64,000 nucleotides of DNA from Octopus sinensis. Lineage: Eukaryota. Shown here piece by piece: positions 52,737-64,000 of the stretch. The stretch covers positions 46,946,464 to 47,010,463 of the forward strand of contig NC_043011.1 in NCBI RefSeq assembly GCF_006345805.1, given 5' to 3'. Under the pieces are notes generated by a model. The model had not been told where the DNA came from and did no database searches. It was given only the letters and a program-made list of their open reading frames with translations. A program made the position numbers and the translations under genes. The stretch's first letter is position 1, and every line of letters begins with the position of its first letter.

Positions 52737-52794
<58 letters not shown>

Positions 52795-52812
52795 GTTATT
52801 ATTATATGTGTG

Positions 52813-52857
<45 letters not shown>

Positions 52858-53560
52858 AGACATAGTATGTAAAACTTCATCAGAAATATGGTTGACAGGA
52901 AATATGTCAGAAGAGTGTTCTGAATACTAAATTCAAATACATGTGAATGCATGCGAATGAACAAATTATTGTCCATTTGCTGAGGAAGGAGAAATTTATG
53001 CTCATGAAGTTGTGCTTTGAAGTTTAATGGAATATTATTACACAACATATATATGTTTGAGTATGTGTGGTTTATGAGGTGTTGGTATGATTTTAATGAT
53101 TGTGGTTCAGTTGTTTGATCAACAGAACTACATATTCACTGAATTATTGCATAAATGGCTGAGTACATCACAGACATTTCTACTGTATTTTTTCACGTAA
53201 ACCAACACATGAAAATGGTGAATTACTGATTGATGGATACTATGGAGCCATCATTTCTGTATACTCGAGTGCTTTATGCTTCTCTGAAGAGGTTTATTAA
53301 GACTGAAACTTGTCTACAGTTGCCATTATTCTTTCTCTTAAATGCATTTTCTGTATCTCATTTTAATTAAGTGAGATTTGAGCATGACAATCCATTTCAA
53401 AAAGATACTTATTTAATTTTCAGTTTATCTCACTTCATTTTGTTGAATTATAAATTGTTCAATAGAGTTTACCTCTTCAGCTATGATCCTGATTAATTGA
53501 AGTTATTAAATACATTAATAATTTTGCTTTATTATAATGGAAAAAAATCACCTTCAGAAC

Positions 53561-54508
53561 CAGGGCCAGATTAAGACCCATTACAAGCCCTAAGCCCTCA
53601 AAAGTTTTGGTACTCCCATACATATGTAATTTAAAATATAAACAATAATAAACCTTTAAAAAAAATCTTTATTTTTCAAAATGAAGCAAAACTAACAGAA
53701 AGAGGGAAAATAATGTTTATTTTTGCATACTTCCATTTTATTTATATTTGATAAACTTTTCGACTACTTTTTGTGATTGTAAAGTCTTTGATCAGATCCT
53801 CACTATGACACCATGAACACTTCAAAATTATATTTCCGAGCATGTAAACCACTTTCATTATCATTTCAGCAAATTTAAAGTGATTTCTTTTGTGCTGTAA
53901 AACATTTACCATTTCTGTGGTGCCTCCACTTCCCTTGATGCCCGAAGCACATGCTTAGTTTGCTTACCGTAAATCCTCGAGTATAATCCGCAGTTTTTTC
54001 CCAAAATTTAAAGGCCAAAATCTCTAGTGCGTACTATATACAAGGTTAGAAATGAAAATTATTTTCTAAGCAATGTCTGAGTGTCTATTTGCTGTCCGGC
54101 AATGTTTATTCAGATGCATTTTGGGATGTCGGGCACAAGAATCCCTTAAGCTAAGCCTGAGAGCAATGAAGTCATAAAAGAATCATCCATAATTTGCAGT
54201 AAGCGACATTTATTAAAATAAAAGTATTCAGAACACAGAATAACGTGTAACAAAAACAATTTGCAAACATATTTACATTCCCATATAACAGTTAAGAACA
54301 TCACCATTATTGTATTACGCATGCGTGGAAGTGTTTGTTTGACTAGGTTCTGCTGGCTTAATTATGCATGACTCAAGTTAGAGAGGGGGTGCATATTATA
54401 CACAAGGTTTAGATTTTTCAGAAGTACAGCCCCCTAAAAATCCCCTGCATATTATACTCAAGGGTGGACTATACTCAAGGATTTACAGTAATAGTTAATC
54501 CAATGCTA
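53561..54508. mobile_element. hAT-like MITE interrupted near one end
   Basis: Starts CAGGGCCAGATTAA; degenerate other end TTAATCC near 54495-54501; flanking 8-mers TTCAGAAC and CTCAGATC match at 6/8. Confidence 0.55.
53967..54488. mobile_element. Tc1/mariner-superfamily (Tc2/pogo-like) MITE with TA target duplication
   Basis: TA|CCGTAAATCCTCGAGTATAATCC ... GGACTATACTCAAGGATTTACAG|TA. Confidence 0.85.
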
Positions 54509-55392
54509 CTCAGATCCTTTAAACCTATTGTTACCAAATTTCCATTAAAATACACTGTCTTTGTTTCAACTAATTTTGAAAATATTAGAGAATTTGGTGA
54601 GGGAACTCATTTATTAAGCTGTTTGGAACATAAATTAACATGAAGTCTGGTGATAAGGTCTTAATATAAATCAATTTAAAACAGGAAGTTTGTATCATGG
54701 AATCAAGTGGACTCTCAAGTAACTTGATGTTACAAAGGTCAAAGGGCATCTGACAATTCAATATCACCTACAAGGGACATCTGGGTCTACTGGAGAGATA
54801 CAAAATATGTGTGTGTGTGTGTGTGTGAGAAAATGTGTGAGGAAGGGAAAGAGAGGGGCAAGGAGAAAATTATCACCAACGGGATGTTAGTGATATTTTT
54901 CCTTCTCTGGACTTTTCTGTTTTCCTTCCTGACAAAGAACAATGCTCAAAATGTCAAAAACCTTCCCTTTTAACTGAGCGCCAAAATAATACATTCTATG
55001 TTGTTTTGTTATTTTTAATGTTTAATCATTCAATTAGACTACACACACACATATATATGTATACACACATACTACTAATATAGGATAAAATTTTTCCATA
55101 AAAAAAATTTCATCAAAAGTGGAAGCATATTACTAGCTTTAAAGGTTAAAATTTTATACACAACTTATAAACAAGAGCAAAAGAAAAATTATTTCTATGC
55201 CAGAAATAGCATTTTGGCATAGTAATAATTTTTCTTTTGCCCTTGTTTATAAGTTGTGTATATACACATATGTAGATACATACACAAATATATACACATT
55301 TATAAAACATACATACATATTATTATATATATCCACATTTATAAAGAAACGTGTATACTTATATTCATACAACTATATATGATATTCTATAT

Positions 55393-55625
55393 TTAACCCT
55401 TTCGTTACCGTATTTATTTTGAGATGGATGCTCTGTGTTTCTTTCAATTACTTTAAATATAAGAAAGAATTTAGTAAAATAACTTAGTTATCATTCAGCT
55501 AGTGTTAGGAACATAAATTGTGACTACGGTTTGGTGGAAGATTTTAATTCAAAACTTATAAAAACAAGACATTTGTACTACAAAGCCAGAGCCGGTTTCA
55601 GCTGGGTTGGTAACAAAAGGGTTAA
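55393..55625. mobile_element. TTAA-flanked MITE (piggyBac-type), inverted relative to 35808
   Basis: TTAA-CCCTTTCGTTAC ... GTAACAAAAGGG-TTAA. Confidence 0.85.
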
Positions 55626-55919
55626 GAGAACACATTATACTATATGTAATAAACAGATATAAGCATCTTGTGTTTATATGGAATATCTTCGAGGATAGAC
55701 AAAGAAGGATTAGCCAAACTAGTTGTGATTCTGTGTTGGAAATGAAACCTTATTCACACTCATCACAGACATTGTTTATAAAGCCACGATTACTAAAAGT
55801 TTTCAGGAAATCAAAGTAACTGATTTGTATAACATATTCTTGACAGCTAATGCAATTAATACATTACTAGCTCATTAGTTCTAATTATCTATATATGAAT
55901 GCAAACCCTGTGTATCATA

Positions 55920-56390
55920 AATTGAAATACAATTTATATATTGGTACACGCACATGCAGGCACACACACACACACATACATACATACATGTATATACACA
56001 CACAAACATAAGTATACATATATATATAGATAGATACACATACACACACACACACATATATATACAATATGCATATGCATATGCACACACACACAAACAT
56101 ATATATATAGATATATACACACACACACATATATATATATACAATATATAGATATGCATATATAGATATATAAACACACATATATAGATATATACACACA
56201 CACATATATATATATACAATATGCATATGCATATATAGATGTATACACACACACATATATATAGATATATATACACACACACACATATATGCATATACGC
56301 AATGTACATATGCATATATATATACACACATACACGTATGCACACACACACATGTATATTGTATATTGATATGTATACACTGTGTATACA
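55920..56390. repeat. Complex (AT)/(AC) low-complexity tract
   Basis: Directly visible; source of several spurious ORFs. Confidence 0.95.
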
Positions 56391-57124
56391 TCTGGTTATC
56401 TGTTCACACTGATTCTGCTTCAGGATTACTTTTAAGAGAGCAGGCATCTTTAAAAGACATCAAAAAGAGTTAATTAACATTTTATTCACTCAATAATTTT
56501 ATTTAAGCTTAAAATGTAGTTTAATCATAAATTAAGCAGCCAAACCTTGACTCTAAAACCACATAAAATGTTCATACAGCAAGTTTTGGCTGCTATTTCC
56601 AGCGTGGAAGTATGTCTTAGATACCCTAAATTATAATTTTAATAATAATTATTACCTTTGAAGGTTTTAATTCCCATGCTGGCCACTTGATAAGGTCGAT
56701 AATTAAATTAATGATCTTATCCTTATATATATATATATATTGTTTCTTTCTGTCTATCACAATTGCTCACAAGTCATTGGTCAGCATTAAGCTATAGTAG
56801 AAGATACTTGCTCTATATGCCATGCAGTGAGACTGAACTTGAAACCATGTGTTTTGTGTGAGTTTCTTGACCACACAGCCATGCCTCTACCTGACACATT
56901 TTCACATTTTTAAATGAGAATCCAGTTCTATAAATGAGCAAAGGGAAAAAAAGGAAATAGTACTCTTGAGCTGATTTCACCGATGGTAACAAAGTGATTA
57001 TATTTACTAATTTGCTGATAATGATCATGAAATAAATATATTTTAATGAGGTAGTGGGCAGAAATTACAGTATAACAATGACTGGTCTAAAATTAAAGAC
57101 AGACACTAGCAGAGCAAGATGAAA

Positions 57125-57290
57125 TATGAGGCGGGGTGCCGAAAAGTGTCTGGCTTTAATGGCATCATGAAAGATCTGGTTGAAGGCCAAACCTTTCAAG
57201 TTCTTCTACAGGGCATAGAAAAACTAAAGGGCTGCTGCAATAAGCATGTGATCCTGAGAGGGGGATATGTTAATCAATGTGAATTTATAA
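57125..57290 (+). mobile_element. Internally deleted mariner remnant
   Basis: TIR-like TATGAGGCGGGGTGCCGAAAAG joined to C-terminal remnant QGIEKLKGCCNKHVILRGGYV. Confidence 0.65.
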
Positions 57291-58211
57291 GCATTACATT
57301 CCATAGAGTAATCTGAATGCTAAAGGGTTAAAGACAGTGATAGGCTATTTGAGGGTGAGACCTGACTGCTATTTCTAGTAGACTGAGTATCTGCTTAGAA
57401 AGTTTGTTTGTTAAGCACTCAGTGCAACTGGCAGTGAGTACATTAACAATACGCTATCATATATCAGGAGTCAAAAGGTTTGAATTCTTGACCAAATGAC
57501 CAATAGTTCAACACCTTATTTTTATATCTCTTTTGTTCATCATAATGGTTTGTCATGGTTGGAATAATAAGGTTATCTCTAAATGGCCTCCTTATCTACC
57601 AAAATAATATTCTAGTCACAGGGAATCAGTGATTTCTTCACATCTTTATAAATAAAATTAAACAATTCATTAGAAATTAATAGACTTTGCAACATTAACT
57701 TCTCATACTTCTATAGGAAGTTCTCCATCAATCAAAGAATCTAATTAATTATAGAGTTTCACTTTTGCTCCAATCTACACCCGACTCCACAACCACCACC
57801 ACACCTTTGCCAAAATCTGATAGCGAATAATACTGGATGAAGTTAAAATAAATGCTACTTGTAATAATCTACTTGGTATTTTCTTGTATTCTTGCCAAAG
57901 ATATTGGTAATGCCATGTTCATGTCCTAAAAGACTGGATAATGGAATTGTAGTTCTGTCTTCTGTCTACGTGATAGGAAAGCAATTTGTTATTCAACTGT
58001 CAGGTAAAAATCCACTGTTAATTAGTCAAGTAAATAGATAGATGGCTCTTGGAACAATACCATAAATATGTAGAAGGCAGGTATGTTTGTGTGTGTGTGT
58101 GTGTATATATGTATGATGTATGCGTATACACTTCAGTTTTTGTGCATATACATATAGATAGATATATATGTTTGTATGTATGTTTGTGTATATAAATTTG
58201 TATGAGAGTAT

Positions 58212-58530
58212 ATCATCATCATCATCATCGTTTAGCGTCCGTTTTCCATGCTGGCATGGGTTGGACGGTGCAACTGGGGTCTGGGAAGCCAGAAGGCTGC
58301 ACCAGGCCCAGTCTGATCTGGCAATGTTTCTACGGCTGGATGCCCTTCCTAATGCCAACCACTCCATGAGTGTAGTGGGTGCTTTTTACGTGCCAGATGA
58401 GGCTGACAAACGGCCATGATCGGATGGTGCTTTTTACGTGCCACCGGCATGGAAGCCAGTTGGTTCTCTTATGTGCCACTGGCACTGGTATCACAGCTAC
58501 AATTTCCATTGATGTTGATCATTTTTGATT
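58212..58530 (-). mobile_element. Retroposon family C
   Basis: 58212-58367 is nearly identical to 1761-1918. Confidence 0.8.
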
Positions 58531-58904
58531 TTGATTTTGATTTTTTATATATATATATATGTATACATACACATGTGTACATATATGAGTATATATATGT
58601 GTGCGTGTGCGTGTGTATACACACATATACCTACACACAGACATGTATGAGTGTGTGTTTGAGAGGGAGAGAGAGAGAGAGACAGAGAAAGAGAGACATG
58701 CACTTCTATAGAGTTTCTGTTTGTAAGTTCCACTCAGAGGATGTTCGTAGGCTCAGGACTATGGCTGAAGAAACTTGCCAAAGGTGCTATGCAGTAGGAC
58801 TGAACCTGAAACCATGTGGATACCTAGCAAATTTCTTAACTACACAATCATTAGTGAGTTTTTTCTGTAATTCAGCAGAGGATGGCAAAGAGTCCATGAT
58901 TGAC

Positions 58905-59095
58905 CGCTAGCTCCAAAAGTTTTTTTTTTTTATTCTCTCTCTGTTTATTTCTTCATATTCCTTTCTGTTGAAGAGTGTAGGCTCAAAACATAAAAGACTT
59001 TCTCACCTTCCTGAGCGTTAAACTAATACACCTGTTTGTAGTTTATACACCTGTCTTCGTATTTTGTCTTTCTGTAAATTGCCCACTATATGTTT
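58905..59095 (+). mobile_element. Family H3 copy with decayed hammerhead motif at 58961-58996
   Basis: CTTT CTGTTGA A GAGT GTAG GCTC AAAAC ATA AAAG. Confidence 0.6.
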
Positions 59096-59863
59096 CATTT
59101 CTCTATTTGTTTCTTTCATTTTTCAGAAAAAAAGTTTGTTTCTTATGTTTTTGTTTTTTATGTTCTCGTTTTTCATTCTGTATGTATGTATCCGAAACTC
59201 TGTGTCTGCGGGTTTGTATCATCATCATAGTCATCATTCAAGAATTGCTTTCCATGTTGACATAAATTGTTAGGGATCACATCTGATTTGTACATTCAGT
59301 TATTCACATGAATTCTATACTTTGATGCTCTTCCTAACGTCAGCTGCTTTACACACTGCACCAGGACTAGAGACATTCTTGGCTAAAAATCTAAAGAGTC
59401 CTCTCTTCTCTATGTAGTCGCCAATTTTTTTAAGACTAATGTGATTAAGAAGGTGAATGGAAGAGTAACAACTGAGAGAGAACCAAGAAAGTGAATGAAA
59501 GAATAGAAAACATGAGTAAGAGTATATTAAAGGAATAAAAAGATAAAAATGAAAATGTGGCAGGGGAAAGAAAGACATAGTCAGAGACAGCTACATATGA
59601 GTTACTGGTCATGAGGTTGAATAGGAAAAGAAAATGTTAGCATTTGTTCACATACATTTGCATGCACACATACACACACACACACAAACACGCTTACATA
59701 TAAATATATGTATTATATTCATGTATTTTTAATTAATTGTCAAAAGATAAGTGTTTGTGCATAGCTATGTACCTTAAATGACATTGCAACATCTGCTCAC
59801 TAAAAATGAAATATATATATATACTCATATTTTTAGTTTTATCTATCCTGTTTGTACAACAAA

Positions 59864-59898
<35 letters not shown>

Positions 59899-59916
59899 AA
59901 GATAGATAGATAGATA

Positions 59917-60093
59917 GATCGGTAGCCACTACACACATTTTTTTTCTCTCCTTGTTTCTTTCTGTATTCCTTTCTGTTGAAGAGCATAGGCTCGAAACGT
60001 AGAATACTTTTTCAATTCAGAGCGTTTTACTAATACATCTATTTGTTTTTTACACCACTTGTCTTCGTCTTTTGTTTTTTTCATGAACTCTCC
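59917..60093 (+). mobile_element. Family H3 copy, best-preserved motif
   Basis: Homologous to 31738-31912. Confidence 0.65.
59970..60005 (+). ncRNA. Minimal hammerhead-like motif with U at core position 6
   Basis: CTTT CTGTTGA A GAGC ATAG GCTC GAAAC GTA GAAT; palindromic ACGT stem III. Confidence 0.5.
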
Positions 60094-60154
60094 CCATATA
60101 TATACATATGATTATATATATATAATATATTATATATATATATACTATATATAT

Positions 60155-60190
<36 letters not shown>

Positions 60191-60195
60191 CATAC

Positions 60196-60437
60196 ATATA
60201 AGAGGGATGACCACTACATGGACATCCATTATGCCAGAAGTAGATCCGCTATGGTCTTACCACTAAGAAAGGAATGTTCTCAAGAAAATTTTAGCAAACG
60301 CCAAAACATAAGCGAGCAAGACGAATGAAAAGAAACAAAATATAGATTAATGACAAACTAGTTTCACTATTACCACTTACATAATTACTTACGTAATTGT
60401 CCGTAGCTCATCAGTGTGATCATCATCCCTCTTATAT
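60196..60437. mobile_element. 242-bp element with perfect 15-bp inverted ends, containing a hammerhead motif (family H4)
   Basis: ATATAAGAGGGATGA (60196-60210) / TCATCCCTCTTATAT (60423-60437). Confidence 0.6.
60352..60420 (-). ncRNA. Type-I hammerhead candidate with extended stem II
   Basis: Minus strand ACA CTGATGA GCTA...AATTAC-GTAA-GTAATT...TAGT GAAAC TA GTT TGT; palindromic AACTAGTT. Confidence 0.6.
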
Positions 60438-60591
60438 ATATGAATGTAATATAATTTTTCTGTATCTTCAGATTTTAATATGCTAGACCACTGGTTTTAA
60501 ATAGATATTAATCAAATTAATATTCGATTTTTCACCCTTATTATTTTTGATTTATATATATATAGATATATATAAATATATATAAATCAAA

Positions 60592-60974
60592 ACCTACCAC
60601 TCACTGTGCCACGGAAGACGCTGCCAGCTACCACCAATCAACAAAAAGGCTGGCCAGGCAGCAAAAACCCTGCGAGAATCAAGTCTGTTGGTTCGATGAG
60701 CACAACTATTCAACTCCATTCCGGTACATGTCAGAAATCCATCAGGATGCAGTGTGGAATCATTCAAATTGCAGCTGGATAGATACTTAAGCACCATTAG
60801 AAATGAACCCCATCTCCCAGGATATACACAACGAGCACAAACTGACTCAAACTCGCTCCTACACATGTCAAAATTAAACAAAGAATACAACCTGGCAACC
60901 ACACCAGACTCTGAGGGTGGAGTCTTCGACTTGGCTTGAGCATGGACTCAAACTCAAATGAAATGAAATGAAAT
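60592..60974 (+). mobile_element. 5'-truncated CR1/L2-group LINE 3' end
   Basis: HGRRCQLPPI...TLRESSLLVR*AQLFNSIP...SVESFKLQLDRYL..EP..PGY; (AAATG)n tail. Confidence 0.85.
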
Positions 60975-61235
60975 ATACCTACATACATACATACATCACC
61001 CTCTTGTACTATCTTATATCTCTCCCCACCACTACACACTCAATAACACTATAAAAAGTGTCAAAAATTCCTGCAAGAACTTGGTTCAATTTGACGACTC
61101 CACTAGAACGGACGAAAATGCTAATATATGATATATGTATAAAAACATGTAACATACAAATAAATATAAAACCATCTGAATTTCTGAGTACCTCATTTCT
61201 TCTAATATAAAATTCCTGTACATTATCTCCAAACC

Positions 61236-61263
<28 letters not shown>

Positions 61264-61271
<8 letters not shown>

Positions 61272-61390
61272 AGAGAAAAGCCTCTATTAAACAATTCAAT
61301 AATGAAAGATTCTCACCATATAGAAAACATATACTATGAAAACCATATTCTAAAATGAATTGTTTAATAGAGGTTTTTCTCTAAGTTATA
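61264..61390. repeat. 35-bp inverted repeat with 57-bp spacer
   Basis: 61264-61298 versus 61356-61390, 2 mismatches. Confidence 0.9.
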
Positions 61391-61468
61391 TACATATATA
61401 TTGTGAAATTTTATTTAAAATTCTTAAATTGAATTTTTCCCTTGAAGTTATGGAATTACATTCCCTAC

Positions 61469-61512
<44 letters not shown>

Positions 61513-62121
61513 GCATACATATGGGTATGAGTAACATGTACCTGTCTATGCACATACATACATTGTTAACTGAATATTACAATTCAGAGCTTTACCATTC
61601 TTTGACCCTTCAGGTCATCTAGATAGAATTTAATGAGTGTTTGCTTATAAAGTGAAATATATTGTAAAATTAACAATTCAAATTACAATTGTTTTATTTG
61701 TGAAGTAACTGAAACTATTTTAAACACTTTGTCTTTTCCAAAATACCGCATTGATAAATTTAAATATACATCTTCAACATATTATTAAACAATTATCTGC
61801 TGATTGATTATAGATATGAATATATATATATATTATATATATAATATATAAATTATATATATATATAATATATACTATATATTATTATTATATATATAAT
61901 TTATATATATATATATATATATTATAAATTTACACAGCTTTGGTGTTTTTATCTCATTATATCTCGTTATATATATATTTTATGTATAAAAAATATATGT
62001 GGTGTGTGTGTGTAAAACACAATTTTTTCATAATGAGATAAAAACACCAAATTATGAAAAAATTTGTTTTATACACACACACACACACATATATATTTTA
62101 TATATATTTTATATATAAAAA

Positions 62122-62168
<47 letters not shown>

Positions 62169-62200
62169 AAACAAATTTTTTCATAATGAGATAAAAAACA

Positions 62201-62891
62201 CCAAAGCTGTGTAGATTTTAGAACATTTATAAATAGAAGGTCTTACAGCTGTTTCCAGGATATTTATTTATTATATCCCTTCCTCAGAGACAGTGTGAGA
62301 AGATGTTTAAGCAATAGTTAATTTAGCTAAGATATTGAAATAGAGAAATAGAGAGTGCGGTGGAGGAATGAAAATAGATGTGAGATATGCAGGGATATTG
62401 TATTTGTAGATCCATTATTTAGGCAGAATGGCATACATATAAGATTCCAATACCTTATGAATAAAATCCAATAGTATTTAAAATTGGTCATTCCAAGTAT
62501 AGAGTTTATACACAATGTTATTGAATTAAGGGTTTTATTTAAAGGGACCTAAAAGTGACCTAAATAAAACCTTTGATTCAATAACACTGTGTATAAACTC
62601 TATACTTGGAATGACCAATTTTAAATACTATTAGATTTTACTCATAAGGTATTGGAATCTTATACGAATACCATTCTGCCAAAATAATGGATCTACAAAT
62701 ACAATATCCCTGCATATCTCACATCTATTTTCATTCCTCCACCTCACTCTCTATTTCATATCTTATCTAAATTAACTATTGCTTAACCATCTTCTCACAC
62801 CGTCTCCGATGAAGGGATATAATAAATATCCTAGAAATAGCAGCAGTAAGACTTTCTATTTATAAATGTTCTAAATTCTACACAGCCTTGG
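62201..62891. mobile_element. 690-bp fold-back element (arms about 335 bp, 19-nt loop), Penelope-like terminal repeats (family H5)
   Basis: 62201-62541 is the reverse complement of 62561-62891 apart from scattered substitutions and small indels; each arm has a hammerhead motif. Confidence 0.85.
62240..62291 (-). ncRNA. Minimal type-I hammerhead candidate
   Basis: Minus strand GTCT CTGAGGA A GGGATAT...ATATCCT G GAAAC AGCT GTA AGAC; palindromic ACAGCTGT stem III, GUA site; base of stem II non-canonical. Confidence 0.6.
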
Positions 62892-63041
62892 AAAAAAAGC
62901 TGATATATGATCTAATTTGGACCCCTTATTCGCATAAGCACCGAATCTGGAACTTGACTATGGTCTATCTATAGCACTCATTCAGCATTAACTGACACCT
63001 TTGGGTTTCACTGACACCATTAGCTCTCATATCCCCCTATA

Positions 63042-63072
<31 letters not shown>

Positions 63073-63229
63073 CTGTGTATGTATCAACACCTCTATCACA
63101 CACAGAATTCGTTACCATAGACCAATCTTTCTCAATCTAATGACAATGTTTACATTATCCCAGCTTATACCAATATTAGTTTCACTAATAATGGTTTCAA
63201 ATTTTTGCACAATTTGAGGGGAGGGTCAA

Positions 63230-63395
63230 ATTGATTACATCAACCCCAATATTTGATAGATACGTTTTTATCAACTCCAAATGGATGAACAGCAAATTCT
63301 ATCTCAGTGGAATTTGAAGTCAGAACGTGAAGACAGACAAAATGCTGCAAAGCATTTTGTCTGTCTTGCTAATGACTTACCAGCTCACCACCTTA
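63230..63395 (-). mobile_element. SINE family B, diverged
   Basis: GGAATTTGAAGTCAGAACGTGAAGACAGAC...CCAGCTCACCACC. Confidence 0.75.
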
Positions 63396-63434
63396 ATAGC
63401 AATAATAATAATAATCATAATAATAATAATAATA

Positions 63435-63633
63435 AAGATTAGTAAATATAAAGACCTGCTAATAGAAATTGAAAAAATGTGGCATCTCAAGGTGACTACA
63501 GTACTAGTGATTGTAGGATCTCTAGGAATGATAAAAAAAGGTACTGAAACCTATTTGAAAATGATTTCAGGCTTACCATCCCTACAGGTAGTGCAAAAAA
63601 TCGTATTAACTGGAACGGCTCATGTACTGAGCC
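63435..63633 (+). mobile_element. Short R4/Dong-clade 3' ORF fragment after (AAT)n
   Basis: KISKYKDLLIEIEKMWHLKV...IVGSLGMIKK...QKIVLTGTAHVL aligns with the 13731-13970 peptide. Confidence 0.85.
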
Positions 63634-64000
63634 GTTATAATATATATATTATCGCTGTGAAAACAACATCCATCCATGAATTTATTTATTTATTAATTTT
63701 TAAATACATATGTTATCTGTGAATTTGTGTGTGTAATCTGGGATTGCATACAATGCCCTTCTCTGCCCTGCCCTAGGTGTATGGAAAACACTCGGCGAGA
63801 AACAGAAGAAAATTTGAAGAAAGAAGGTAAAATAATAATAATAATAATAGCAATAATAATAATATCATAATCATTCATTTCACTAAATAAACTAATATTT
63901 TTGAAATTTTCTCATCTTAGGTTCAGTTTTACTTTGCTTCTCCTTGGGCTGATCAAAGCAATGCGAGTGGATTTTGTAGATGGAAACTAAAAGAATAAAC

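Noticed and set aside
53281-53320. Hammerhead-like CTGAAGA GGT..ACT GAAAC TT GTC
   Set aside because: The core is present but no stem I can form and stem III is not palindromic
50486-56447. Long His/Thr/Tyr/Ile/Val/Cys-rich ORFs (e.g. 50486-51139, 55881-56447)
   Set aside because: Translations of (AC)/(AT)/(ACAT) microsatellites, which lack stop codons by composition
61090-61125. Hammerhead-like TTGACGA CTCC..GGAC GAAA
   Set aside because: Position 3, the stem II base and stems I/III are all broken; at best a dead relic

Overview
AT-rich, repeat-saturated eukaryotic DNA with one 100-N assembly gap (41274-41373). The mix of tRNA-headed SINEs and dense (AT)n/(AC)n/(AAT)n/(TATC)n microsatellites suggests a coleoid cephalopod, probably Octopus (inference; no search run). 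I recognise no host protein-coding gene. Nearly all supplied ORFs are translations of SINEs or microsatellites, so the window is most likely intergenic or deep intronic. Identifiable content: about 40 copies of five SINE-like families; 5'-truncated LINE ends (two R4/Dong, two RTE, two CR1/Jockey-group); mariner remnants; TTAA, hAT-like and Tc1/pogo-like MITEs; two non-autonomous Helitrons; several fold-back elements. The most notable signal is at least five unrelated short repeat families, each carrying a minimal type-I hammerhead-ribozyme fold of the kind known from Penelope-like elements. They include a core with a compensatory G3-C8 swap (25237-25287) and a 690-bp fold-back with a hammerhead motif in each arm (62201-62891). 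No Penelope RT/GIY-YIG ORF is visible in the window. All structures were folded by eye, and the boundaries of degenerate repeats are approximate.
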